Below the pieces are notes generated by a model. The model saw only the letters and a program-made list of their open reading frames with translations, was not told the DNA's origin and searched no databases. From the NCBI RefSeq assembly GCF_000020025.1, contig NC_010628.1:3780001-3812000 (forward strand): a DNA stretch of 32,000 nt, in the 5' to 3' direction. This DNA comes from Nostoc punctiforme PCC 73102 (lineage in GTDB: Bacteria; Cyanobacteriota; Cyanobacteriia; Cyanobacteriales; Nostocaceae). Both the position numbers and the translations under genes were made by a program. Positions 17,115 through 27,217 of this stretch are shown piece after piece (position 1 is the first letter of the stretch; every line of letters starts with the position of its first letter).

Positions 17115-17923
17115 TGCTCAACTCCATTAACTATAAATACTGCCGTTACTGTGATTTTGAGTACTCAGCTTTGCACTTTAGAGATGGCAGTCAATTTTTT
17201 TAAGAAATTAATAGCTTCTTTATCCAATTCAGATTATGACATTTTAGCTGAAAAATTGTGAGGCGCAAGGAAAAAGTAAAGTATTCTCTAATTTAGACCT
17301 TATGGTATAATGAACGCCAATGGTTACGCTCGCGTTCAACAAGTTGTAGTAACCTTTAATTAATCAAAATCTAATGATGTTAAATTTTACAGTATTTATG
17401 GGCAGCTTAAGACAGAAAAATAGTCCACCTTAAAAATACATAGAGACTACCCCTCAGACAAATTGTATCAAAAGTCTCATTTTTTGTGAACAAAATTGTA
17501 GTAAAAAAATTAACTCAAGTAATAAGTGGATATCCAGAAGGCTAACATCAATTATTTGTGTTGTAATCACTTGGTTTTGAGCTACATTTATTGACCGATA
17601 AGATCAAGCATTTTCTCGTAACAATAAAACAAATCACATAGCTGTCTCTATTGAGTCAGCTTTTAACTGAAAGTAAATGCCAAAACAGTTTGTATATTCT
17701 ACAAACTACATACAAATTCCAAACTGAATGTATGTAAATTATTGGCATAAACTTTAGCAATATGGTCGTGGATTAAAGAGTAATCAGGGGTTTTTAACCC
17801 TTGACACTATCTAGATTGCATTTGTGAATTGTCATGCTTCTAATCCTCAACTACTCCAATGAGTGTAAGAGTTGGCTAATAGCCTGTATACCTAAATTTC
17901 ATCCCTAAATCACAGAGGACAAC

Positions 17924-19405
17924 TTGAACACAACAGTTTTGAAGCGAGAATGGTTCTCCAATACTAAAGCAGACATCCTAGCTGGTACTGTAGTAGCATT
18001 AGCACTGATTCCAGAAGCGATCGCATTTTCTATTATCGCAGGTGTCGATCCCAAAGTTGGACTGTACGCCTCGTTTTGCATAGCGGTGGTGACAGCCTTT
18101 GCAGGGGGTCGTCCTGGGCTGATTTCAGCAGCAACAGGAGCGATGGCGCTGGTCATGATTACATTAGTAAAAGAACATGGGTTGCAATATCTGTTTGCAA
18201 CAACGATTCTGACTGGAGTGATTCAAATTATTTGTGGCTGGCTCAAACTAGGCCGCCAGATGAAGTATGTACCACGAGCCGTAATGATTGGCTTTGTTAA
18301 TGCCTTAGCAATCTTGATTTTTATGGCTCAACTGCCACAACTTGTTGGGGTATCATGGCAAGTTTATATAATGCTTGCTGTAGCTCTTGCCATTATCTAC
18401 TTGTTACCCAGGTTCACCAAAATTCTACCTTCACCCTTAGTTGCGATCGTTGTGTTAACATCCTTTTCGATGATTACAGGGATAAAGGTTCCAACAGTAG
18501 GTGATATGGGCGAATTACCTACAACATTCCCCTTATTCAGCTTACCGACAATTCCATTAAACTATGAGACATTCACAATTCTCTTTTCCTACGCCTTGCC
18601 TTTGGCTGTAGTGGGTTTACTGGAGTCATTGTTAACAGCTTCACTACTTGATGAACTAACCGATACCCCCAGTGATAAGAACAGAGAAGCTATGGGTCAG
18701 GGTATTGCCAATATTGTAGCTGGATGCTTTGGCGGGATGGCGGGATGTGCCATGATTGGGCAGTCAGTCATTAACATCAAGTCTGGAGGGCGCAGCCGTC
18801 TTTCTACTTTATGTGCTGGAGTGTTCTTGCTATTCTTCATTTTGGTGTTAGGTAACTGGGTGCGACAAATACCAATGGCATCCCTAGTTGCAGTGATGAT
18901 TATGGTTTCTATTGGAACTTTTAGTTGGTCATCTCTAAAGAACCTAAACCGTGTACCTAGAGGTGAAACTGCCGTCATGATTACGACAGTTTTATTTACT
19001 GTACTCACACACAATCTAGCAATTGGAGTTGTAGTTGGGGTAGTGTTTAGTTCAGTTTTATTTGCCCGTAGCATTGCTAAAGTTGTGTTTGTAGACACAG
19101 TTATTAGCGATGATAAAACTTCACGTATTTACAGCGTTGCAGGTCAGCTTTTCTTTGTATCAGTAGAAGAATTTCTCACTGCTTTTGATTTTAAAGAAGA
19201 ATTAGAACGAGTCAAAATTGACTTAACCCATGCCCATATATGGGATCAATCAGCAGTTGCAGCCATAGATAAGGTAGTGATGAAATTTCGTAGGAATGGC
19301 GCAGAAGTAGATATTGTGGGGCTAAATGAAGCAAGTGCGACATTAATAGAAAAGTTAGCTATTCACGACAAACCAGATGCGCTGGAAAATTTAAACAACC
19401 ACTAA
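17924..19405 (+). CDS. SulP-family inorganic anion transporter with C-terminal STAS domain
   Basis: 493-aa polytopic ORF ([80 protein letters not shown]). The C-terminal part ([16 protein letters not shown]...[13 protein letters not shown]) is STAS-like. TTG start, preceded by AGAGGA. Confidence 0.9.
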   Translation: MNTTVLKREWFSNTKADILAGTVVALALIPEAIAFSIIAGVDPKVGLYASFCIAVVTAFAGGRPGLISAATGAMALVMITLVKEHGLQYLFATTILTGVIQIICGWLKLGRQMKYVPRAVMIGFVNALAILIFMAQLPQLVGVSWQVYIMLAVALAIIYLLPRFTKILPSPLVAIVVLTSFSMITGIKVPTVGDMGELPTTFPLFSLPTIPLNYETFTILFSYALPLAVVGLLESLLTASLLDELTDTPSDKNREAMGQGIANIVAGCFGGMAGCAMIGQSVINIKSGGRSRLSTLCAGVFLLFFILVLGNWVRQIPMASLVAVMIMVSIGTFSWSSLKNLNRVPRGETAVMITTVLFTVLTHNLAIGVVVGVVFSSVLFARSIAKVVFVDTVISDDKTSRIYSVAGQLFFVSVEEFLTAFDFKEELERVKIDLTHAHIWDQSAVAAIDKVVMKFRRNGAEVDIVGLNEASATLIEKLAIHDKPDALENLNNH

Positions 19406-19621
19406 ATTCAGTAAAAGGCAGTCCCGATGAAAAAGGGACAAGGGGGACAAGGAGAATAATTTATGGCTCTTGACTCTTAACTTAGCACACGCTAAATGCC
19501 CCTTTACCGTTAACAGCACTTTCAAGTCAAGAGAGAGAAAAGAAAACCCTTAACAGCAACAGGTTTCACTCATTTGCATTTTACATCTAATTATGTGCGT
19601 CTACTTATCACAAACACAATT

Positions 19622-20485
19622 ATGAAAAGAATTCTTCTCTGCACTGATGGATCTTCTTTCTCTCAAAGTAGTTATCAGTACGCTGCGTGGTTAGCTCCCA
19701 GGATGACTGCTGCAATCGAGGTACTTTATGTCACAGATATCCGCACCCAAAAGACAGCTGGAACAGGCGACTGGAGTGGGAGTATTGGCATTGATGCTTC
19801 TAAAGAACTATTAAATAAGTTAGTAGATTTGGAGCATGAAAAAGCAAAACTTAACCATCAAAAAGCAAAACTCATTCTCCAAAATGCCGAACATTTTTTT
19901 ATAACCAGTGGAGTTAGTGATGTGAAATTTACTCATCATACTGGTTTTTTGGTTGATAGCCTCCACGAATTTGAAGCACAAGTAGATTTAATCATACTTG
20001 GAAAACGAGGCGAAAATGCTGAGTTTGCTTCAGGACACCTCGGCGCTAACTTGGAGCGTGTGATACATTCTAGTCATAAACCTTGCCTTGTAACATCACA
20101 TAACTTTCAGCCAATAAGTAAGATACTGCTAGCTTATGATGGCGGTAAGAGTTGTCAGAAAGCTTTGCAGTTTTTAATGGAATCACCTGCTTTTAAAGAC
20201 ATGGAACTTCATTTGCTCACTGTAGCAAAGAAACAGGGAGATGAAGCAGCCATGCCTCACCTGCAAACTGCTGAAATAAAAGCACGTACAACTGGCTTTG
20301 CACCAATTTGTCAGATAATACATGGTGAAGCAGAAAAGGTTATAGCCAACTACGTAGAAGCCCAGAACATCAATTTACTAATTATGGGAGCTTACGCACA
20401 CAGCCGCATTCGGCACTTAGTAATTGGCAGTACTACAGCCCAAATGCTACGCAGCAGCCATATTCCTGTCTTGCTGTTTAGGTAG
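19622..20485 (+). CDS. Universal stress protein, tandem Usp domains
   Basis: Two Usp units: MKRILLCTDGS...DLIILGKRG...HKPCLV and ILLAYDGG...LLIMGAYAHSRIRHLVIGSTTAQMLRSSHIPVLLF. The ORF track starts at TTG 19574; the in-frame ATG at 19622 gives the usual Usp N-terminus. Confidence 0.85.
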   Translation: MKRILLCTDGSSFSQSSYQYAAWLAPRMTAAIEVLYVTDIRTQKTAGTGDWSGSIGIDASKELLNKLVDLEHEKAKLNHQKAKLILQNAEHFFITSGVSDVKFTHHTGFLVDSLHEFEAQVDLIILGKRGENAEFASGHLGANLERVIHSSHKPCLVTSHNFQPISKILLAYDGGKSCQKALQFLMESPAFKDMELHLLTVAKKQGDEAAMPHLQTAEIKARTTGFAPICQIIHGEAEKVIANYVEAQNINLLIMGAYAHSRIRHLVIGSTTAQMLRSSHIPVLLFR

Positions 20486-21416
20486 ATTTTTTCTCAAATA
20501 CATCCACAAAAGTCACTAGCAATACTTAAGTTGAGAAATTAACGGTAAAATTTACGGTCTAATGAAGCACCAAAAATTAAATATTGGTTGCTTTTTTTAT
20601 CTGTATTTACTCTGATTTTAGTGGTTATCTATTTAATTAATAGAGACTTTAGGATAGTATCATTAATGTCTTAAATTAGAAATTTACTGATTATAAAAAT
20701 CTACTTATCTTTAAAACTTTATATTTTTAATTTAAACTTTACTGTTTCTTGATGATAATTTTGTAAGTCTCTTTTACGATGGTGGAAGCACACTAATTGT
20801 GTCACTATAAAGGCACTTTAGTGAATATGTAAATTCTCTGTGTACGTAATGATGACAACAGCAGCAGACTCTAAAAACTGGCTGCAAGTAAGCCGTTATA
20901 GTAATCGGGGAAGTATTTATTTGTTTGCTCCGATGGTTAACTTCAATGTGATGGCTGAAGTTGGAGATACTCCCCCCTAATTCAATCTGCTTGTACTTGC
21001 TTGTAAATTTTATGAGGAATTCGACAATTACATCTTGATGTCAGCGAGGAAATTTGATTCCGACTTGGAACATAAACAGATGTAATTGAATTGAAATAAT
21101 TACTTTGATATTTGATGACTGAATATCTGAATTATAGTAGCTTGTCAAATTGCTAACTAATACACATCGAGAGTTAGATGTTTGATGTTGTGGTAAAGCA
21201 TTAAGCTTCAGTATTCATTAGTGACAAATATAAAAAAGTGTTTTCTCTAATTTTCAACTAGTATAAGTGATAAATAATACAGCATAATTCCGAAAATTGT
21301 AAACTGCTATAATTACAAAATTTGCTTGTAAACAGATACAGCATTTCTTGTATAGCTATGTCTAACAATTAAATAACACCTGTATTTAATAGCTTCTAAC
21401 TTTAGAGCTTGTATTG

Positions 21417-21440
21417 AGTTTTTCAAATATTTGAAAAACT
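21417..21440. repeat. Perfect 24-bp palindrome in the AT-rich spacer (candidate protein-binding site; function unknown)
   Basis: AGTTTTTCAAAT|ATTTGAAAAACT equals its own reverse complement, which I checked base by base. It lies ~260 bp upstream of the 21702 start. Confidence 0.7.
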
Positions 21441-21575
21441 TTATCTTAGCCATCCTATTTTTTATTAATCTGCAATCTCAAAATGCAGATATAGAAATAC
21501 AAATGGTATATAAAAAGATTCAAATGCAGGATGTTTTTACTTGGACTTACACAAAACTCTCTGAAACCCTTATTC

Positions 21576-21625
21576 CTCCGTGTTGCGCCAGTTGCTACCC
21601 TGCGGGAAGCCGCTCCGCGTCTACG
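21576..21625. repeat. GC-rich dispersed-repeat-like island in the AT-rich spacer
   Basis: CTCCGTGTTGCGCCAGTTGCTACCCTGCGGGAAGCCGCTCCGCGTCTACG shares the exact 10-mer GCCAGTTGCT with copy B of the hairpin element and contains a GCGG-GAA-CCGC mini-hairpin. It alone holds open the two spurious ORFs at 21431-21703. Confidence 0.45.
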
Positions 21626-21701
21626 ATTTTCTATTACCTGTGCGTAAGTCCTGAATTTCATAAATCTCCAAGAACACAATTTAGCTGGGAATAATATAGC
21701 C

Positions 21702-22418
21702 ATGAATAACTTGAAACATTTTTCAAAGTTGAAGCGGTTTCAGCAACTTTTGTTGACCACTCTTTTAGGCGATGTTCCAACAATTTTCGGGGGTGTAAAG
21801 TTACGGAATTTGCTATATCGCGCTATTTTTCCTCGGATAGGTAGTTCAGTTTATATTCAAGATGGTGTTGAATTTATTAGTACTGATGCTATTCAAATTG
21901 GGGATGGAGTTTATATTTTTAAAGGTGTTCGTATCGATGGAAGAGGACACGAAAACAATAGAATTCATCTCGAAAATGGAGTTATCCTAGAGCGCAATGT
22001 TCTAATTGGGGCAATAAATAACACTTCTATTCACATTGGACAAGATACTTTTATTGGCCCTAGCGTTTGTATTAGCGGCCCTGGAGATATCAAAATTGGT
22101 AAGCACTGTTTAATTGCAGCCCACACTGCAATATATGCCAATAATCACAACTTTACAGATCCGACAGAACCAATTAAATACCAAGGTATTACTTGTAAAG
22201 GAATCGTGATTGAGGATGACTGTTGGCTAGGACATGGGGTAAAAGTATTAGATGGTGCCACCATTGGTAGAGGCAGTGTTATTGGTGCTGGTGCTGTTGT
22301 TACTAAAGATATTCCCCCATTTTCGGTAGCTGTGGGTGTACCTGCACGAGTAATTAAAAGCCGTGACGGTAAAGAACTTTTCAAATCTACAGAATCGACT
22401 TTATTAACTTCAAACTAA
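21702..22418 (+). CDS. Hexapeptide-repeat (left-handed beta-helix) O-acetyl/acyltransferase
   Basis: 238-aa ORF with repeated [LIV]G motifs (IGDGVYIFKGVRI, IGQDTFIGPSVCI, IGKHCLIAAHTAI). The C-terminal block (DDCWLGHGVKVLDGATIGRGSVIGAGAVVTKDIPPFSVAVGVPARVIK) is typical of the LacA/WcaF/maltose-acetyltransferase class. Confidence 0.85.
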   Translation: MNNLKHFSKLKRFQQLLLTTLLGDVPTIFGGVKLRNLLYRAIFPRIGSSVYIQDGVEFISTDAIQIGDGVYIFKGVRIDGRGHENNRIHLENGVILERNVLIGAINNTSIHIGQDTFIGPSVCISGPGDIKIGKHCLIAAHTAIYANNHNFTDPTEPIKYQGITCKGIVIEDDCWLGHGVKVLDGATIGRGSVIGAGAVVTKDIPPFSVAVGVPARVIKSRDGKELFKSTESTLLTSN

Positions 22419-22595
22419 GTTTGTATAAGGTGAGCCTGGGTAGTTTACTCGGACACAGGCGACCATTTTCTAGTTCCATACACAATCTTTTGAAAACATA
22501 ATTCTATCAAGGATTTGAGTATTATTCAGAAGATTACTAGCGTTAACTTGAGGCCAATGTATCTATCAGTAAAAACATAAAAGGAGATTAATTTA

Positions 22596-23774
22596 ATGAC
22601 TAAAATCACAGAAAAATCTACAGAGAAGAGACTGCATCTCGCTTACTTGGATGGCTTACGTGGATTGGCATCTTTGTATGTTGTATTTGTCCATATCGAA
22701 CCGTCAATTGGAGGACAATTACCTACATTGTGGTCATTGTTTGGCAGAACTATGAAATATGGTTCATTTAGTGTTGTAACTTTTATTGTACTTTCTGGCT
22801 ATGTTTTGATGCTGCCAGTAGCCCGTTCTGAAAATGGTCATTTAAAAGAAAATTTGATTAATTATATCAAGAGGCGATCGCAACGAATTCTACCACCTTA
22901 CTATGTGACTATGTTCATCTGTTTACTAATAGCAGCAATTATCTTTATCTTAGAAAATCTCACTAGTTTTCAGTGGAACAATGATGCCGGAGCGGGAGCA
23001 TACTCTCCTAAGTTTTCGTTAATGGATGTCTTGTCTCACCTGTTATTAGTTCATAATCTTAGCGGTAGCACATACCTGACTATTAATCCACCGATGTGGA
23101 CTGTCGCGACGGAATGGCAGATATACTTTTTATTGCCATTATTGTTATTACCGATATGGCGAAATTTCGGATTATTGTTAGTTGTGATTATCGCTTTTGC
23201 AATTGGGCTAACACCTATCTATTTGTTCAATGGATTACTTGAGTCAGCAAGTCCTTGGTTTTTAGGTGTGTTCTCTTTAGGAATGGCAGCAGCAGATATT
23301 GGATTTTCTCGAAAACCCAAGCTATTAGCTATGAGAAATTCCCTCCCGTGGGGTTGGTTGGCTATTATCTTCACTTGTATTGCCTTTTTAACTGAGTGGC
23401 AAAAACTAGGATTGCATATATGGATTAATCAGAGTTTTTTTGGTCTTGCGGTTGCCTGTTTATTTATTTCCTTTACCAAGTCGATAGTTGAGGATAAACA
23501 GCTACCCTTCCTAGTCCGATTTTTACAACACCATATATTTATCGCCCTTGGAACATTTTCTTATAGCCTATATCTAATTCATGGCCCAGTCTTGGTGTTC
23601 GTGCGTTACTTTCTATTTTATCTGCCAATTTCCCCAGATATATTTGCGGCAGCATCCTATTTAGTAGGCACGGCAATGTCATTAATCATTGCATATTGGT
23701 TTTACTTATTCTTTGAGCGGCCATTTATGTCTGGTTTCTTAAAAAAGCGGAAAGTGAAAGATGCTTTAAGTTGA
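22596..23774 (+). CDS. Integral-membrane acyltransferase family 3 (OafA/NolL-like)
   Basis: 392-aa polytopic ORF with the family N-terminus (LAYLDGLRGLASLYVVFVHI), about 10 predicted TM segments, and a good AAAGGAG ribosome-binding site upstream. Confidence 0.85.
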   Translation: MTKITEKSTEKRLHLAYLDGLRGLASLYVVFVHIEPSIGGQLPTLWSLFGRTMKYGSFSVVTFIVLSGYVLMLPVARSENGHLKENLINYIKRRSQRILPPYYVTMFICLLIAAIIFILENLTSFQWNNDAGAGAYSPKFSLMDVLSHLLLVHNLSGSTYLTINPPMWTVATEWQIYFLLPLLLLPIWRNFGLLLVVIIAFAIGLTPIYLFNGLLESASPWFLGVFSLGMAAADIGFSRKPKLLAMRNSLPWGWLAIIFTCIAFLTEWQKLGLHIWINQSFFGLAVACLFISFTKSIVEDKQLPFLVRFLQHHIFIALGTFSYSLYLIHGPVLVFVRYFLFYLPISPDIFAAASYLVGTAMSLIIAYWFYLFFERPFMSGFLKKRKVKDALS

Positions 23775-23903
23775 CATATTTGTTAAATATCTTAACCGCA
23801 TACAGATATTAATTTGCTGTACATATAGGTAGATATAACACCTACAAATCTCAACTAGTTTCTATATGTTTTTAACAATCAACAGCCTTGAGGAGATATT
23901 ACA

Positions 23904-24413
23904 ATGACTTTTGAAAGAAAGATAGCAGCAATCTTTAATATGAGCGAAACCACTTGGGAACGTCATGCCAATCCTTGGAGTGGGTGGACACGTATCATTA
24001 CTGGACTACCACTTTTAATCCTGGCTTTTTGGAGTCGAATTTGGCTTGGTTGGTGGGCGCTGATTCCTATTGTTATCGTAGTTTTTTTGATATGGTTAAA
24101 CCCACGCATCTTTTCCAAGCCAAGCTCAACCAACAATTGGATTTCAAAGTCGGTTCTAGGTGAGCGAATTTGGTTGAACCGTGACAACATTTCAGTACCT
24201 CAGCATCATTGCCGTGTACCTAACATTTTGTCTGCTATTTCTGCTTTAGGTGGAGTTTTTGTGATTTTAGGCTTGGTTGCTCTTAGTATCTGGATTACAC
24301 TGCTCGGAAGCACCATACACTACTTTGGCAAACTATGGTATCTGGATCGCATGGTTTGGCTTTATGAAGATATGAAAGAAACAAACGCAGATTATCAGAG
24401 TTGGCTGTATTAA
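23904..24413 (+). CDS. Small conserved membrane protein (possibly DUF6653-like)
   Basis: 169-aa ORF with a GAGGAG ribosome-binding site and 3-4 hydrophobic helices. The W-rich motifs (WERHANPWSGWTR, VLGERIWL) are ones I associate with a DUF family annotated in cyanobacteria. The family name is from memory and not verified. Confidence 0.65.
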   Translation: MTFERKIAAIFNMSETTWERHANPWSGWTRIITGLPLLILAFWSRIWLGWWALIPIVIVVFLIWLNPRIFSKPSSTNNWISKSVLGERIWLNRDNISVPQHHCRVPNILSAISALGGVFVILGLVALSIWITLLGSTIHYFGKLWYLDRMVWLYEDMKETNADYQSWLY

Positions 24414-24578
24414 AGCAGTATTTTTAAGTATAAAAAACTATACGTACTGTACTACTATTGCATATATCTATCTTGAGGCATAGAAAAATTTCATTCTGAT
24501 TTCATTTTCTTATGAAACTCTATGAATAGGGTGAACGGTAAGACATTTCAGACATTTATATACCTTCATTGATGACAA

Positions 24579-27185
24579 GTGATTGCTAAAAATATGTTAG
24601 CCAGGGGTAAAATTCTCTGGTTGAGGCTTTCCCGTCAGTTGGTTCAACCCAGGCGATTGGCTTTCGTGGAAGCTTGCCTGATTGGTCTAGTTTCTGGGTT
24701 AGCGGCAGTTCTGTTAGGACAGGCAGTGGATTGGGCAGGCGCATGGCGAGTGCATCTTTCTTACCATTGGTCTGCCTACTTGGTGCTACCAGGTATTGGA
24801 CTAGCAGGGGGACTTTTAGCTGGTTGGCTAGTAGAGCACTTCGCACCGGAAGCATCAGGTAGTGGTATGTCGGAAGTGAAAGCGGTATTGGCTCGTGTGC
24901 CGATGCCGTTAAATCTGCGGATTGCTTTGGTAAAGTTGATCGGCGCTACATTAGTGTTGGGTTCTGGAATGCCTTTAGGACGGGAAGGGCCGACTGTGCA
25001 AATTGGGGCAGCCTTGGCAAATCAACTTAGTAACTGGGCACCGACTTCACCAGAGCATCGTCGCCAACTGATCGCCGCAGGAGCTGGGGCAGGATTAGCT
25101 GCGGCTTTTAATGCACCGATCGCAGGTGTACTATTTGTAGTGGAAGAATTACTCCAAGATGTGTCAGGTATCACTCTTGGTACTGCGATTTTGGCTTCTT
25201 TCATCGCTTCAGTCATCTCTAGGCTCTATGGTAGCCACAACCTGGATCTAAATCATCTGAATTTAGGTCTTCCCGATACAACTTTCTTCGCTCAAGAAAT
25301 CCCTTTCTACTTGATTTTGGGAGTATTGGCGGGACTTCTAGGCATTCTATTTAATAAAGGTATTCTTAAGAGTCTAGCAATTAACCGCCGTTTACTACAC
25401 GTGAGTTTACCCTGGCGAATTGGAATTGCTGGGTTAGTCAGTGGTTTGGCGATCGCTTTATTACCTGCTACCTTTCGCGATCATGCTGGGTTGAGAGAAA
25501 TTTTGCTTGCGGGTAGTGCTAACTGGTCATTTGCTGCGATCGCTCTTTTAGTTCAGTTTATCTTAATTATTTTTACCTACGGCTCTGGAGCGCCAGGGGG
25601 TTTACTAGTTCCCACCTTAGCCCTGGGAGCTGCCCTTGGTTACTTAGTGGGTGCTGTCGAACACAGTTTACTGGGAATGAGTGCTGCAACAGTCTATGCT
25701 CATGTCGGCATGGCTGCCTTTTTTAGCGCCGTTTCTAAGGTTCCAATTACAGCAGTTGTCATTGTATTTGAGATGACAACAGATTTCAATCTGGTGCTAC
25801 CGCTAATGATTGCGTCTGTGGTTGCCTATTTAGTAGCAGAAAAAATTGACCATCGATCGCTCTACGACCTTTTACTAGAGTGGAAGGGGATTCACATCAC
25901 CAAAGAGCCAAGCACAGAGGGGCTTCTAGCGCAACTGAGTGCCTTAGATGTGATGCAACGGCGTGTGGAAACTCTCTCTAGTCAAATGAGTACTGATGAA
26001 GCAGTGCAAGCATTTTCCCACTCTCACCATCGCAACTTCCCGGTTTTAGAGAATGGTAAAGTTGTTGGTATTGTCACTCAAAAAAATTTAGTTAATATTG
26101 CTTCAGAACAATTAGGCAAAGATACAACTATCGGCGAGATTATGACACCAGAGCCAGTGACAGTAACCCCCACGGCTACATTGGCTCATGTACTGCATAT
26201 ACTTAATCGTTATCATCTCAGCTGCTTACCCGTTACAGAAAATCGCAAGCTCATAGGAATTATTACTCGTAGTGATATTATCCGTGTAGAAGCAGAGCGA
26301 CTCAGTGGTAATTCCCAACAAATAGAACGTAAATCAGCACCTTCTTATGTAGTTTACCAAACTCGCGCTCCAGCTACAGGCAAAGGACGATTATTAGTAC
26401 CACTTTCACATCCTCAGACAGCCGAGACTTTATTGGAAATGGCAGTTGCGATCGCCAAAGATCGCAATTACGAAATAGAATGCCTACAAGTGATTATCGT
26501 TCCGTCTGGCCGCATCCCATCGGAAACACCAGTACAAATCAGCAAAAGTCTTCAACTTTTGCAACGGGCAATACTTTTAGGAGAGAATTCGCGGATTCCC
26601 GTTCACACCCAGATCCGAGTTGCCCATAATGTTGCTGGAGCAATTTTGGAGACTGTCAAAGAACGACACATTGACTTGGTGTTGATGGGATGGAAAGGCA
26701 GTACATCAACTCCTGGTAGAGTTTTTAGCCGAGTGGTGGATACCATAATTCGACAGGCAGGTTGTGATGTTATCTTGGCTAAATTAGATGATAAAAGATC
26801 CTTTGACCGTTGGTTGTTGCCAATGGCAGGCGGTCCTAACTCCAGCCAAGCAATTAAGTTATTACCTGCTCTTTCTTCTCTAAGTACATCGCCCCAAATC
26901 AAGCTATGTCAAGTTTTCCAGCCTACTAACTCGATTCTTGACACAACATTATTAGATAAATCTGTTCACTTTCTGCAACGCCGAGTTAGCGGTAAAGTGG
27001 TGGCTACTCCAGTTCGTGCCAATTCTGTTTCTGATGCTGTCCTTAAGTGTGCAGAACTTGATAACAGTGATGTGATTGTTCTGGGAGCTAGCCGTGAAAG
27101 CCTACTACAACAAGCAATTCAAGGAAATATTGCCGAGAATATTTCTCGCAAGAGTAATTGTACAGTTATCATGGTCAAAACTTAA
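24579..27185 (+). CDS. ClC-family chloride channel/antiporter fused to a CBS pair and two Usp-like domains
   Basis: 868-aa ORF. ClC selectivity motifs: GSGMSEV, GREGPTVQIG, GAPGGLLVPTL. Two CBS units: VMQRRVETL...FPVLENGKVVGIVT and IMTPEPVTV...CLPVTENRKLIGIITRSDI. Two Usp-like units: RLLVPLSHP...DLVLMGWKG...CDVILAKL and WLLPMAGGPNS...DVIVLGASRES...CTVIMVK. GTG start at 24579, with an alternative ATG at 24594. Confidence 0.9.
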   Translation: MIAKNMLARGKILWLRLSRQLVQPRRLAFVEACLIGLVSGLAAVLLGQAVDWAGAWRVHLSYHWSAYLVLPGIGLAGGLLAGWLVEHFAPEASGSGMSEVKAVLARVPMPLNLRIALVKLIGATLVLGSGMPLGREGPTVQIGAALANQLSNWAPTSPEHRRQLIAAGAGAGLAAAFNAPIAGVLFVVEELLQDVSGITLGTAILASFIASVISRLYGSHNLDLNHLNLGLPDTTFFAQEIPFYLILGVLAGLLGILFNKGILKSLAINRRLLHVSLPWRIGIAGLVSGLAIALLPATFRDHAGLREILLAGSANWSFAAIALLVQFILIIFTYGSGAPGGLLVPTLALGAALGYLVGAVEHSLLGMSAATVYAHVGMAAFFSAVSKVPITAVVIVFEMTTDFNLVLPLMIASVVAYLVAEKIDHRSLYDLLLEWKGIHITKEPSTEGLLAQLSALDVMQRRVETLSSQMSTDEAVQAFSHSHHRNFPVLENGKVVGIVTQKNLVNIASEQLGKDTTIGEIMTPEPVTVTPTATLAHVLHILNRYHLSCLPVTENRKLIGIITRSDIIRVEAERLSGNSQQIERKSAPSYVVYQTRAPATGKGRLLVPLSHPQTAETLLEMAVAIAKDRNYEIECLQVIIVPSGRIPSETPVQISKSLQLLQRAILLGENSRIPVHTQIRVAHNVAGAILETVKERHIDLVLMGWKGSTSTPGRVFSRVVDTIIRQAGCDVILAKLDDKRSFDRWLLPMAGGPNSSQAIKLLPALSSLSTSPQIKLCQVFQPTNSILDTTLLDKSVHFLQRRVSGKVVATPVRANSVSDAVLKCAELDNSDVIVLGASRESLLQQAIQGNIAENISRKSNCTVIMVKT

Positions 27186-27217
27186 TTACATAGCCGCAAC
27201 CCTACCCGTAGAGTATT

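Noticed and set aside
17303-17311. TGGTATAAT extended -10 box as a promoter or sRNA start in the SulP leader
   Set aside because: It is a good -10 match, but there is no convincing -35 and it lies in very AT-rich DNA where such hexamers occur by chance. I mention it only as context in a finding.
17905-19098. ORFs 17905-18156(-), 18076-18300(+) and 18697-19098(-) within the SulP gene. The same applies to 24586-25216 and 26603-26902 within the ClC gene, 22145-22384 and 23954-24190 within the acyltransferase and membrane-protein genes, 16810-16992 in the GAF gene, and 10149-10699, 11788-12033 and 13688-13942 in IS or GmrSD sequences.
   Set aside because: All are nested in or antisense to genes with clear family signatures, so none is an independent gene.
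21263-21276. NtcA-like site GTG-N8-TAC upstream of the acyltransferase genes
   Set aside because: It is an imperfect half-site (GTG rather than GTA), and there is no TAN3T box at the ~22-nt spacing required for NtcA-activated promoters.
21431-21703. Overlapping 87-aa (+) and 82-aa (-) ORFs upstream of the acetyltransferase
   Set aside because: Both are kept open only by the GC-rich repeat island at 21576-21625. The resulting peptides (..YPAGSRSAS.. and ..RRGAASRRVATGA..) are translations of a dispersed repeat. The plus-strand one starts on TTG inside the 24-bp palindrome.
24414-24578. Fluoride (crcB-motif) riboswitch upstream of the ClC gene
   Set aside because: The leader is AT-rich and lacks the GC-rich pseudoknot core I would expect. 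The ClC also carries the chloride-type GSGMSEV/GREGP motifs. No support.
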